A stretch of DNA of 64,000 nt, taken from positions 192,001-256,000 of the forward strand of contig JBDRQD010000015.1 in assembly GCA_043826455.1 (NCBI GenBank), given 5' to 3'. Below are positions 18,376 through 27,704 of this stretch, piece after piece. The number at the start of each line of letters is the position of its first letter. Within the stretch, counting starts at the first letter, position 1. Source of the DNA: Candidatus Bathyarchaeota archaeon (GTDB lineage Archaea; Thermoproteota; Bathyarchaeia; TCS64). The notes below the pieces were generated by a model. That model did not search any database. It was given only the letters and a program-made list of their open reading frames with translations, and was not told the origin of the DNA. The position numbers and the translations under genes are program-made.

Positions 18376-19626
18376 ATGAGGTTCGCTGTCCTGGCGGACA
18401 CCCACATCGGGCGAAGCATACCTCTGGCCATCGCAGAGTATAGACGCGAGGCCTTCAATAGGGCATTTAGTCGGGCCGTGGACCTGTGCGTAGAGCGGGG
18501 TGTCGATTACGTGTTCATCGGGGGAGACCTATTTGAGAGACGCACACTCCGCCCCAATCTGGTCCAGTTTGCCCACGACGAACTGTACAGGCTGGCCCGT
18601 GAGAACCTGGAGCAGCACGGCGTCAAGGTCAAGATACTGGTGGTTAGAGGCAACCACGACGGCCGACCCCAGAGCGACACTCTGGACTACATTAAACACC
18701 CCTTAGCCGATTACCTCCATGTCTTCGGGGACACACAGGAGACAGTCGTCTACAGAGATGAACGGCTCTACGTGGTTGGCCTCAATTACTACGACCATAT
18801 TCAGAAAGCATTCGATTTTTTAGCTGTACCTGGGTTCAAGGAAGCCCAGGTGCTCAAGGTGCTCCTAGTCCACCATTTTATTCAAGGCTACAACAAGGTG
18901 CCCCCCTACAGTGAATACCTCACATTAGATCAGCTAGCTTCAGTGGACCTCGACTTCGTGTTCACAGGTCACCATCACGAGCATTGTGATCAAAAGAAAC
19001 TTTCCAACGGTGGCTGGGTGCTCACACCGGGAAGCCTTGAGATGTACGACTTCGCCGAGAACCCCGACAAGGGATTCTACTTCGTGGAGATCGGCGAAGG
19101 CGAGCCCAGGTTCGAGTGGGTGCCCCTGGAGCCCATGCACGTCATGAGGCAGGTGAAGGTTGAGGCAGACAGGAGGCGTCCACCCCAGTGGTTCATGGAC
19201 AGGATCAGAGAAGAGGTTCAGGGCTTCGCCGAGGAGCTCAAAAAAGCTGACAAACAGGGCTACCTGCGGGTCGTCGTGGAGGGCAAGCTCAGCGAGGGGT
19301 TCCCCAGCGACGTCACCACAAGGGAAGCCCAGGCCATCATGGAGCAGGAGCCTAGCCTCCTCTGGGTGGACGTGGAGACCATGAGGCTGGACCTGCCCCC
19401 CATGGCCGCAAGGCCCGAGAGTACCAGCGGCGACGTAGCCGAGTACTTCAATGACTTCGGAGAGTTCAGCGCCGACATCAGGGACATGCACAGGCGCGTC
19501 AAGGAGGCCCTGGAGAACGAGGCAAGCGAGCAGACGGGTCTCCTCACCCCCACCGTCAGGACCCCCTTCGTGGCGGACTGGGTTGAACGTTTCGAGGCCC
19601 GCCGCTTCAAGGAGGAGCAGCCATGA
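18376..19626 (+). CDS. mre11: Mre11 metallophosphoesterase nuclease
   Basis: ADTHIG, GGDLFE, GNHD, GHHH, PGSLE. Confidence 0.92.
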   Translation: MRFAVLADTHIGRSIPLAIAEYRREAFNRAFSRAVDLCVERGVDYVFIGGDLFERRTLRPNLVQFAHDELYRLARENLEQHGVKVKILVVRGNHDGRPQSDTLDYIKHPLADYLHVFGDTQETVVYRDERLYVVGLNYYDHIQKAFDFLAVPGFKEAQVLKVLLVHHFIQGYNKVPPYSEYLTLDQLASVDLDFVFTGHHHEHCDQKKLSNGGWVLTPGSLEMYDFAENPDKGFYFVEIGEGEPRFEWVPLEPMHVMRQVKVEADRRRPPQWFMDRIREEVQGFAEELKKADKQGYLRVVVEGKLSEGFPSDVTTREAQAIMEQEPSLLWVDVETMRLDLPPMAARPESTSGDVAEYFNDFGEFSADIRDMHRRVKEALENEASEQTGLLTPTVRTPFVADWVERFEARRFKEEQP

Positions 19627-21686
19627 TAGAGGAGCTCAGCCTCCGCGGCTTCAAGAGCTACAGGGAACGCCAGACCATCAGGTTCACCAGGGGCGTCAAC
19701 AAGATAAGCGGACGCAACGCCGCCGGCAAGACCACCATCCTGGAAGCCATCCTGTTTGGCCTCTTCGGGGAGGTCCCAGGCGTGGACAAACGGGACCTGG
19801 TGAGCCTGGGCTTGGACAGCCTCTACGTCAAGGTAGCCTTCACCAGCCCCCTCACAGGCCAGAGGGCCACCATCATCAGGGAGGGGGAGGTCGCCCAGAA
19901 CAACCGGACCGGGGAGCGGAGCTTCCGCTCCAAGGAGAACAACCTCCAGGTGGAGGACGAGGCCCCAGTCACCAAGATCACGGACATCCAGGCCCGCCTC
20001 AGGGAGCTCCTGGGCGTGGGCCGCACCACCTTCCTCAACGTGGTCTACGCCAAGCAGAAGGAGTTCATAGACATCGTCCGCCCCAGGGACGAGAAGCGGA
20101 TGGACGCCATGCTGGGCCTCACCACCCCCGCCGAGATCAGGGAGCAGCTCAGGGAGGCCAAGAAGGTCCTGCAGATGAAGGGCAGGGTGGACCAGAGGCC
20201 AGCCATCGAGGAGCGCATCAGGAACGCCGAGCAGGCGATAAAGGATGCAGCCGCCCAAGCCGAGCAGCTGGAGGGGCAGCTGAAGGAGCTGGATGAGGGC
20301 CTGCGGCAGAGGAAAGGGGAGGAGGCGGAGGCCCACCGGAGGCTGCAGGAGGCCGAGCGGCTCCAGAGCAGGCTCCAGGACCTGGAGAGGCAGAGCACGC
20401 GGCTGAACGAGGTGAGAGCCACCCGCGAATCCAAGGAGGAGGACCTCCGGCGCCTATCCGAGTCCTTCGAGGACGACCCCTCCAAGCTCCAGGCCGACTA
20501 CGAGACCCAGCTCCAGTCAGCCCAGAGCGCCGAGCAGAGGCTGCAACGGCTCCTGGACACCGAGCTGGACCAGGAGAGGCGCGAGCACATCGGGGCCGTC
20601 GAACGGCTGCAGCACCAGATAGACGAGCACACCTCCCTCAAGGAGCAAGGCTTAACCGTCTGCCCCAAGTGCGGCCAACACATAGACCACAGCCTCCTGG
20701 AAGAAGACGTCGAGAACTGGACCCGGGAGCTGGAGGAGAAGCGGAGCCGCCTAAAGGCCGTTGAGGCCGAGATATCCACCATAAGGGAGCAGGCCCAGCA
20801 GTCGAGAAGAAGGGCTGAGAAGGCCAGGGAGCGACTCACAGAGCTCAGAGCCCAGATCAGGCAGGTGGAGGAGGCCAGGGCAGCCATAGGGGACCTGAAC
20901 CGCCAGGCTCAGCGACTTCAGGCGGGAGCCCAGGACGCGGAGGAGACCGCCCTACGGGAAGCAGAGGAGCAGCTGGGCAGGGCCTTCGCGTCGCCGGCCG
21001 ACGCGTCCAAGTGGCTTGAGGAGAGGATCAGAGCCCAGAGGAAGGAGTACAACGCCCTCACCAAGACGGTGGGGGACCTGGAGGGTGAGCAACGATCCCT
21101 CAGACGCCAGAGAGGCGACTGCGAGAGCCGCCTGGAGCAGCAGAGGGCCATACTGGAGGACTCCAATGCCCAGCAGGAAGCCATGGAGGAGTACGAGGCC
21201 AAGATAAGGGCCCTGGAGGCCGTGCAGGACAGGTACACGGTCTACGAGAGGGAGCTACGGGAGAACACCGTCAGGCTCCTGGAGTACCGCACATACGAGT
21301 ACTTCCAGCGCCTCACCGACCAGCAGCTCTACAGCGGATGCCACATAGACAGAGACAAATATGTGCTGGAGGTGCAGCCCATAGGCAGCCCCAGGCTCCT
21401 ACCGGCCTGGAGGGCCGGCGGCGGCCACGAGAGCCTCCTGGCCCTGGCCGAGAGGCTGGCCCTCCTCAAGGTGATGGAGTTCCCCCACCTGCTGATACTG
21501 GACGAGCCCACCGACGCCGTGGACAGCGAGAACATACCCCAGCTCCTGGACTACATTGCCCGAACCAGCGAGCAGATAGAGCAGGTCATCCTGGTGACTC
21601 ACCACGGGTACGGCGAGGAGCAGGGCGTCAACCTGATAACGGTCAGCAAGAGCGGCAAGGAGTCCCGCGTGCAGCAGGGCCTCTAG
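19623..21686 (+). CDS. rad50: Rad50 SMC-like ATPase
   Basis: GFKSY, GRNAAGKTT, Q-loop YAKQ, coiled coils with central Zn hook CPKC, LILDEPT, VTHH. Confidence 0.9.
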   Translation: MIEELSLRGFKSYRERQTIRFTRGVNKISGRNAAGKTTILEAILFGLFGEVPGVDKRDLVSLGLDSLYVKVAFTSPLTGQRATIIREGEVAQNNRTGERSFRSKENNLQVEDEAPVTKITDIQARLRELLGVGRTTFLNVVYAKQKEFIDIVRPRDEKRMDAMLGLTTPAEIREQLREAKKVLQMKGRVDQRPAIEERIRNAEQAIKDAAAQAEQLEGQLKELDEGLRQRKGEEAEAHRRLQEAERLQSRLQDLERQSTRLNEVRATRESKEEDLRRLSESFEDDPSKLQADYETQLQSAQSAEQRLQRLLDTELDQERREHIGAVERLQHQIDEHTSLKEQGLTVCPKCGQHIDHSLLEEDVENWTRELEEKRSRLKAVEAEISTIREQAQQSRRRAEKARERLTELRAQIRQVEEARAAIGDLNRQAQRLQAGAQDAEETALREAEEQLGRAFASPADASKWLEERIRAQRKEYNALTKTVGDLEGEQRSLRRQRGDCESRLEQQRAILEDSNAQQEAMEEYEAKIRALEAVQDRYTVYERELRENTVRLLEYRTYEYFQRLTDQQLYSGCHIDRDKYVLEVQPIGSPRLLPAWRAGGGHESLLALAERLALLKVMEFPHLLILDEPTDAVDSENIPQLLDYIARTSEQIEQVILVTHHGYGEEQGVNLITVSKSGKESRVQQGL

Positions 21687-21874
21687 CGGCTGGTCTTGGG
21701 CTTATACTTCTTCTCCTTGTACTTGCCCGTCAGCCGGACGTGGGTGCCACTGCGGGTAGCCGAGGACTCTATGGACTCGTCCATCTTCCTGCACTCCAGC
21801 TGCCAGTCGCACTCGGCGCAGTCCTCCTCGGAGCCGTACATGCCTATGCAGTCGGGGCGTCTGCTCATGCTCAT
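21683..21874 (-). CDS. Small Cys-rich, basic-tailed hypothetical protein (63 aa)
   Basis: MSMSRRPDCIGMYGSEEDCAECDWQLEC...KYKEKKYKPKTSR, the 3' part of ORF 21683..22072. Confidence 0.6.
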   Translation of the reverse strand: MSMSRRPDCIGMYGSEEDCAECDWQLECRKMDESIESSATRSGTHVRLTGKYKEKKYKPKTSR

Positions 21875-21927
21875 ATCATGAGTCGTCCTGAAGCACACTG
21901 TAAAAACTTGTCGCTTAAAAAAGGGGG

Positions 21928-22149
21928 TTAGGGGCCTCTGGCGGCCTCTATGAGGTCCCCCATCTTGAAGGGGTACATCTCCGCCAGCTCCCTCGCCTCG
22001 GCCTTGGGGACCCCCTGGGATATGAGCTGCCTCCTGAAGGCGCCGCGGGCCCTCCTGTAGCCGGTGCTCCACTGGATGGCCCAGCCTGGGGCTCTGACCA
22101 TCAGCCCTAGGGCCTTCACTAAGGTGCGCAGGCTGAAGCGGCTGCTCAC
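21928..22149 (-). CDS. Small hypothetical protein
   Basis: 73-aa ORF 3 nt downstream of 22153..22464, sharing an FRRxLIxxGVPxAEA motif with it. Confidence 0.7.
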   Translation of the reverse strand: MSSRFSLRTLVKALGLMVRAPGWAIQWSTGYRRARGAFRRQLISQGVPKAEARELAEMYPFKMGDLIEAARGP

Positions 22150-22152
22150 GGT

Positions 22153-22464
22153 TTACTCCTCGTCTTTGTAGTAGCTGTGTTCCCCTATGCGGGCGTCCTT
22201 CATCATGCCCTTCCAGTTGGTGACGGTCTGCATGTACTCCCGGGTCATGGCCATGGCCTCGGCCTCGGGGACGCCGTTCTCTATGAGGGTCCTCCTGAAC
22301 TCTGCGACGCTCTTCGCCATGTTGGCCGCGGCCTCGGGGCTGAAGAAGCTGTCAAGGATTCCCTTTATCATCTTGGGCACCTTGTCGCTCACCGTGTCCA
22401 GCACGGCTGCCAGGTCCTCCGGGTCCTCCACGAAGTCTTTCCTTCGTCTTCTGTGTTCATCCAT
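22153..22464 (-). CDS. Hypothetical protein
   Basis: 103-aa helical ORF with genome-typical codon usage. Confidence 0.75.
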   Translation of the reverse strand: MDEHRRRRKDFVEDPEDLAAVLDTVSDKVPKMIKGILDSFFSPEAAANMAKSVAEFRRTLIENGVPEAEAMAMTREYMQTVTNWKGMMKDARIGEHSYYKDEE

Positions 22465-22518
22465 CTTGGATCAATATGGATATGGGGGTGATCAACGCCT
22501 ATAGGTGTGGTGGAAAAA

Positions 22519-22539
22519 ACTGATCACCTTCTGATCAGT
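22519..22539. promoter_or_regulatory. Operator-like inverted repeat in a divergent promoter region
   Basis: ACTGATCA-CCTTC-TGATCAGT, with an extra TGATCA at 22489-22494. Confidence 0.55.
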
Positions 22540-22575
22540 GAGCACTTTAAATCCAGTCCCTCCCCTTGATAAGGC

Positions 22576-23394
22576 ATGGTCGGAGAGGAGGCCTTGGGTT
22601 TCTTGACCTCAGTCTACGCATGGATAGACACCAACCTGGGGTCCATTGTGGCGTCGGCGGTCTTGGTGTTTCTACTGCTGCTGGTGTACAGGGTCATTAG
22701 TTCCAACATAGATCGGCTCAGGACGCAGGAGGTTCTGGACCCTAACTCGGCGTTCCTCATCAACAGGCTGGTGAAGTGGACCTTCTACCTGGTGGTCACC
22801 GTGGTAGTCTTCAACGTCCTGGGCGTCAAGGTGGACCTCTTCCTCGGCTTCTGGGTGCTGGCTGGGGGCACCATCATCGGGTTCGCGTCCATGAGCACCA
22901 TAGGCAACGCCATAGCCGGCCTCATACTCATGGTGAGCCGGCCCTTTAAGATCAGGGATAGGCTCCTCTTCCAGGACCAGTACGTGGAGGTGGAGGGCAT
23001 CGACCTCATATACACTAGGATGCGGACGCTGGATAACGTGCTGATATCGGTGCCCAACCAGATGGTGCTGGACACCGTCATCCAGGACTACAGCACCTAC
23101 AACGTGGTGAGGCGCCGGTGCGTGGTGACCGCGGACTACAGCGAGAAGCCTCAGCGGGTGAGGGAGCTCCTGCTGGAGGCGGTTAAGAAGGTTGATCTCA
23201 TCCTCGAGGAGCCTAAGCCCTTCGTCTGGGTCACCGATCTTCAGAGCTTCGCCATGGAGTACACTCTCTTCTACTTCATAGACGACGTGATGAAGATCAT
23301 TAGGATAGACTCGGGTGTGAGGGAGGCCGTTCACGAGGTGTTGACTGAGGCGGGCATCGATATGACCACACCGAACCTGATAAAAACGGTGTAA
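22576..23394 (+). CDS. mscS: Small-conductance mechanosensitive channel family protein
   Basis: Three TM segments, IGFA...IGNAIAGL.LM..RPFKI.D, YTRMRTLDN.LISVPN. Confidence 0.9.
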   Translation: MVGEEALGFLTSVYAWIDTNLGSIVASAVLVFLLLLVYRVISSNIDRLRTQEVLDPNSAFLINRLVKWTFYLVVTVVVFNVLGVKVDLFLGFWVLAGGTIIGFASMSTIGNAIAGLILMVSRPFKIRDRLLFQDQYVEVEGIDLIYTRMRTLDNVLISVPNQMVLDTVIQDYSTYNVVRRRCVVTADYSEKPQRVRELLLEAVKKVDLILEEPKPFVWVTDLQSFAMEYTLFYFIDDVMKIIRIDSGVREAVHEVLTEAGIDMTTPNLIKTV

Positions 23395-23648
23395 ACTGTC
23401 TTTAAACCATACATTTCTTACCCTGTTTGTTTCAATTGGTTCCTATATCCTTATATCGTTTTTATATAAAGAAGTTAAAATCTTTATATATTCTAAAAAT
23501 AACATAATTATATAAGTAAATTACATTTTTATTGGAAGAAATACTTCTCACTCTAATAATATTTACATGTATAATTTTGAGAATCTGTTATTTGCACCTT
23601 GAAATCTTCCCAATATGCCCGTTAAGGCGACATGGAGAGAAAAGTAAG

Positions 23649-23840
23649 ATGCCCATATGTGCAATCTGTGGCGAGGAAGTGGAACACGTCACCAAGTGCA
23701 AGATGTGCGGTGAAAAGTTCTGCTCAGACTGCGGCGAACCAGACGAGAAGCTCTGCATCTACTGCGTGGACGAGGACGACGACTGGGACGACGACGAGGA
23801 CTTCGAGGACGAGGACGCGGAGGAAGAGGACGAAGAGTAG
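23649..23840 (+). CDS. Small 8-Cys zinc-finger protein with acidic tail (63 aa)
   Basis: CAIC..CKMC..FCSDC..LCIYC followed by a D/E run; GGAG upstream of the ATG. Confidence 0.8.
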   Translation: MPICAICGEEVEHVTKCKMCGEKFCSDCGEPDEKLCIYCVDEDDDWDDDEDFEDEDAEEEDEE

Positions 23841-23920
23841 CCTCCTCGCGCAGCCCACATCTTTCCTTTATTCCTCCTTTTTGGGGTCAACGTTATTAGC
23901 GGCGGATCACCTTAGATCGC

Positions 23921-25288
23921 ATGCCTGATTTTTCCGGTATTCTTGAGAACGTCCCCTATTTCAAGCGCTACTTGACGGTTGACGAGCTTCACAAGAGGTC
24001 AGCTGAGCTGGTTAATGAGCACTCCGGCAGGGTGGAGCTCATAGACCTGGGTGAGAGCACCAATGGAGAGACCATCGAGTGCCTGAAGATCGGTGAGGGC
24101 AGGTACAATGCCCTTATCCACGGGTTCCCCAACTGTGAGGAGCCCTTCGGGGGTAACCTTCTGGACTACCTGTCGTGGGCCCTGGCGGAGAACGACCAGC
24201 TGAGGGATGAGATGGATTATACCTGGTACCTGGTTAAGTGCAGTGACCCTGACGGGGCGCGGCTTAACGAGGGGTTCCACCTTGGGCCGCATACGCCCAT
24301 GAACTTCACCCTCAACTACTACAGGACGCCTAACGCGTTGACGCCGGAGAGCTGCTTTCCCTTCAGGTTCGGGCCCCTGAACTTGGATAGCCCGGTGCCT
24401 GAGACCCGGGCCCTGATGAGGGTGATGGATCGGGTTTCTTTCCAGTTCGTGAGCAGCCTCCACATGATGAAGTGGGGGGGCATTACCTACGAGGTGCCTC
24501 ATCCGTGCCCGGAGTTGTACGCGCCCCTGTGGGAGATGGCCAAGATGTTCAACGTGTTCCCCCGGAAGCGTCCTGGTACCACCATCGCGCCTGGGGTGAT
24601 GCAGGCAGTTTACCTGACGCCGGCCCGGGGCTACGTCCGGCACTGGGCTGCTGGTAACGCCAACATCGAGCCCATCCGGGGGTGCTATATCTATGAGTAC
24701 GGGCAGATGATGAACCCGAGCCTGTTCATGATGATCCCTGAGTGCTGCATCTGGTTTGACCCCAGGATGTGGGATGACACTCTCAGCGAGACCACCATAG
24801 GGGAGAGCCTAGCCTACGCCAAGGAGCGCTCGGACGAGGTGGACCAATACATGCTGGGGGTCTGGAACCGGGCTCTGCCCCACCTGAGGCTGGGATCGCC
24901 TTTTAAGGTGATGATGGACGAGCACATGGAGCCCATATTGAAGCGGTACACGAACGTGAGCAACCCGCCCTTCAGCTTCAACAAGAAGATTCACGCCAGG
25001 CCGGCGACGGAGGCGGAGAGGGTGGGCATTGAGGGCCGGGACGACCTATACAGGATGTTCTACCTGGGCGGCCTCATCAGGACCTTCGACGCGGAGCTGG
25101 AGGCCGGGGGTCCGGAGGCTCTGGCGGCGCTGAGGGACGAGGTGTACCTGAAGCTGCAGGAGTACGACAATTATCTTCATGATAACTACACGGTGGTGGC
25201 GCACCCCATCAGGAACCTGGTGGGTATGAGTCTGGGGGCTCTGCTGCACAGCGCCCTATACGCTAAGCGTGGGGCGTTGTGGTACTAG
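23921..25288 (+). CDS. M14 zinc carboxypeptidase-like protein with atypical first Zn motif
   Basis: LGES..G..I, DPDG, PETRAL, SSLH; HxxE region reads PNCEEP. Confidence 0.75.
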   Translation: MPDFSGILENVPYFKRYLTVDELHKRSAELVNEHSGRVELIDLGESTNGETIECLKIGEGRYNALIHGFPNCEEPFGGNLLDYLSWALAENDQLRDEMDYTWYLVKCSDPDGARLNEGFHLGPHTPMNFTLNYYRTPNALTPESCFPFRFGPLNLDSPVPETRALMRVMDRVSFQFVSSLHMMKWGGITYEVPHPCPELYAPLWEMAKMFNVFPRKRPGTTIAPGVMQAVYLTPARGYVRHWAAGNANIEPIRGCYIYEYGQMMNPSLFMMIPECCIWFDPRMWDDTLSETTIGESLAYAKERSDEVDQYMLGVWNRALPHLRLGSPFKVMMDEHMEPILKRYTNVSNPPFSFNKKIHARPATEAERVGIEGRDDLYRMFYLGGLIRTFDAELEAGGPEALAALRDEVYLKLQEYDNYLHDNYTVVAHPIRNLVGMSLGALLHSALYAKRGALWY

Positions 25289-26017
25289 CCTCCGTTGTTA
25301 CGAGCCGCCTTTAATTTTTTTTGGGTTTGTACCCAGTGGCATAGTATAAGCGATTTTTAGGGATGGTTCTCCGGGGTTCCAAGGTTTGTTACAAGCTACA
25401 TGTAATTTAGCGAATTAGGGGAGTTGATGACAGCTGCGTGGAAGAACGTGATATTTTTGAGTTGTATTTGGCTAAATTCCACTATATGGGCCCTTTTTTC
25501 CTATTTCTGAGATCATGTGAATTATTACATGGAGTATGTATGTTCAATGATTATTAGGAACGTAAATTCTAATGATAAAAAGATGTGAATTAAATTACGA
25601 CATAATTCTTCGTCTGAAACAGAACCCATAATTGCCGATTTTAAGAGTCCATCCTTAATATAAACCTAGAGAGTCAGGAAAATATGCGTCGAATTAGAAA
25701 AAAGAGGCTATGATCTACTTAACATTCTTGGCAAAGTAGTATAATGTTCCCACAAGCAAGAATAACCCACCGAAAAAGAGAACCATTCCGATTGATGAGT
25801 CTACTTGCATTGCGGCCTCTACTAGTCTTGTCCCTATCATCTTTGTTACCGCTCCTACCTGCCCGTGAAAGATGCATCACTGTGGCATCTGTTTGGGTAT
25901 TGAAATCGATCAATCTCGTATACGCGAGACGAAAAGAATCAACAATATACTAATGCGTGCAGTTACTTATAAACTGGCGTAACATATTTGCGTGAGTTTG
26001 GGTGGTGTTTCTGTTGG

Positions 26018-26473
26018 CTAAGGAAGCTGGTCTCGGGCTTGTTGAGTGATCTCAGGTTTGTTTCTCTTTGTGAGTATGCCATTATGCATCAGGGTTCGAC
26101 GGGTGCTGTTGGGGAGGTTTCTGATGGCGGCCTCATGGTCTCCGCTTTTTAAGATAGTCATGAGCTCGGATTTATGGAAGTAGACCATGTTTTGGAACGA
26201 CTTCTCATGGAGAGTCATGCCAGTCATGTTATAGAACCTTTCCTCGCGTCTTTTAGAGGCAGACTGCTTCTCTTCATTAACCTTGGCTTGGCCGATGCGC
26301 TGAGCGTCACGTAGCTCGGGGTCTCTGCTTCGGCGCATGGCTTTGACGTCTTTAAGTAGGTCGCCGCGTCTAACTCCTATCTGAGCGGCTATCTCTATGT
26401 AGTTGAGGTTCTGGCTTATTCCATCGAGAAGGGCCTGTCGGCGTGTCTCGGGTTCTCCTGGTGTAAATGTCAT
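26018..26473 (-). CDS. Hypothetical protein with N-terminal HTH-like segment
   Basis: LNYIEIAAQIGVRRGDLLKDV resembles an HTH; lies in the low-GC islet. Confidence 0.65.
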   Translation of the reverse strand: MTFTPGEPETRRQALLDGISQNLNYIEIAAQIGVRRGDLLKDVKAMRRSRDPELRDAQRIGQAKVNEEKQSASKRREERFYNMTGMTLHEKSFQNMVYFHKSELMTILKSGDHEAAIRNLPNSTRRTLMHNGILTKRNKPEITQQARDQLP

Positions 26474-26587
26474 TTTGTTTTCACTGCGTGGTGCTTGCTT
26501 CCACGCCGGAGGCGTGGCTTAGCGAAGAATCCTGCATATAACTATATGGCGTGGATGCATTTAAAGGAGTGTATTAGGGCTGGGGCC

Positions 26588-26767
26588 TTATTTTCCGCCC
26601 TTGGCTGGACACTTAGGGTTCTTGGTGTGTTCAGCTATGTTGCAGGCGATGTATCTTCCGCATTTTCCGTTGTGGTCGGCATGGTAGCTGACGAATATAC
26701 CGCACTGTTTACTGGGAGTGGGGATCTTCGCGTGGGGTTCCATGATTATTCTAGGTTTCTCTGTCAC
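26588..26767 (-). CDS. Putative 59-aa Cys/His-rich small protein, below the ORF-track cutoff
   Basis: Manual translation from GTG: MTEKPRIIMEPHAKIPTPSKQCGIFVSYHADHNGKCGRYIACNIAEHTKNPKCPAKGGK*. TATA-like CATATAAG upstream on the minus strand. Confidence 0.45.
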   Translation of the reverse strand: MTEKPRIIMEPHAKIPTPSKQCGIFVSYHADHNGKCGRYIACNIAEHTKNPKCPAKGGK

Positions 26768-27265
26768 GGTGATTCACTGCCAATTGGTAGTGGATCTGGG
26801 TTACAAACAAGAGCTACACTTATATGGTTAATAATGAGTAGAAAAACTACATCAGTTAATTGAAAAACGTGATATTGGCGTAATAAATTGTTTATAATAT
26901 TTTGTCGAGGATTATTGATGTTATACAAGCATTAAATATCATTAATAAGATAATAATTGTGTTATATGGGAAATGTTAATATAAATATATTATTATGTGA
27001 GCATACTTCTTAAATTTAAAGATGTATTAAGTTGTATATAAATATCTGTTTCTAATAATTTTAATGCTTGGGTGGTGTTGAAGAAGACGCGTATTAAAAT
27101 GATGGTAAAATGTTATGTTATATGGTGTTGTTGAAGACACCTGTTTTGTATATGTGCACGACATTGAAAGATTCCATCGTTAAGAGATTTTCCATTAAAT
27201 ATCATATAATATTGTTATATTGAGAAACTAATTATCCGTATCACAGAGAACATGCATCCGGAGGC

Positions 27266-27700
27266 TTACTCGACAAGCCTGTAGCTGTGGCCCTCGCCGC
27301 GCTCCACCACGCCCTCCTCCACCAGCTCCAGGAGCTTCCCACGAACGGTGACCCTGCTGCCCTTCCCCCGCTCCCTCTGCACCTCCCTGGTGAGCTGGCT
27401 CACGTTCTGGGGTCCCCTCACGGCCAGAACGTTGAGGATGACCCTGCTAACCTCGTCCCTGTGCTCCTCACCTCTGCCCAGGACCCTGCGGACGCTCACC
27501 AGCCTCTGGATGAGCTTCAGGGGCTCAGTGTAGAGGCTGGCCCCGGCCCGGACGTCCCCCATGAGCTGGGCTATCTCGGGGTACTGCCTGGACTCGGTGA
27601 GCATGGCCTCCAGGCTGTCGAGGCGCCGCATCATGGCCTCCAGCTTCCTGTTAAGCTCCTTCAGGTCGTCCTCCAGGCCAGACAAAGTGATCCACGACAC
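27266..27700 (-). CDS. Winged-helix transcriptional regulator with N-terminal coiled coil
   Basis: ILNVL...GPQNVSQLTREV...SRVTVR.KL.ELVEEGVV. Confidence 0.8.
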   Translation of the reverse strand: MSWITLSGLEDDLKELNRKLEAMMRRLDSLEAMLTESRQYPEIAQLMGDVRAGASLYTEPLKLIQRLVSVRRVLGRGEEHRDEVSRVILNVLAVRGPQNVSQLTREVQRERGKGSRVTVRGKLLELVEEGVVERGEGHSYRLVE

Positions 27701-27704
27701 ACGA

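Noticed and set aside
15495..21686. HerA/NurA- or SMC-based antiphage defence system
   Set aside because: The four-gene set matches the housekeeping archaeal end-resection operon, sits next to SRP RNA, and has no effector genes.
25719..25953. Overlapping 64-aa and 69-aa ORFs in the AT-rich islet
   Set aside because: They are short and mutually antisense, with no motif or clear start signal, so neither can be supported.
26495..26863. 122-aa plus-strand ORF in the islet
   Set aside because: It has no recognisable features and overlaps, codon for codon, a more plausible minus-strand 59-aa ORF.
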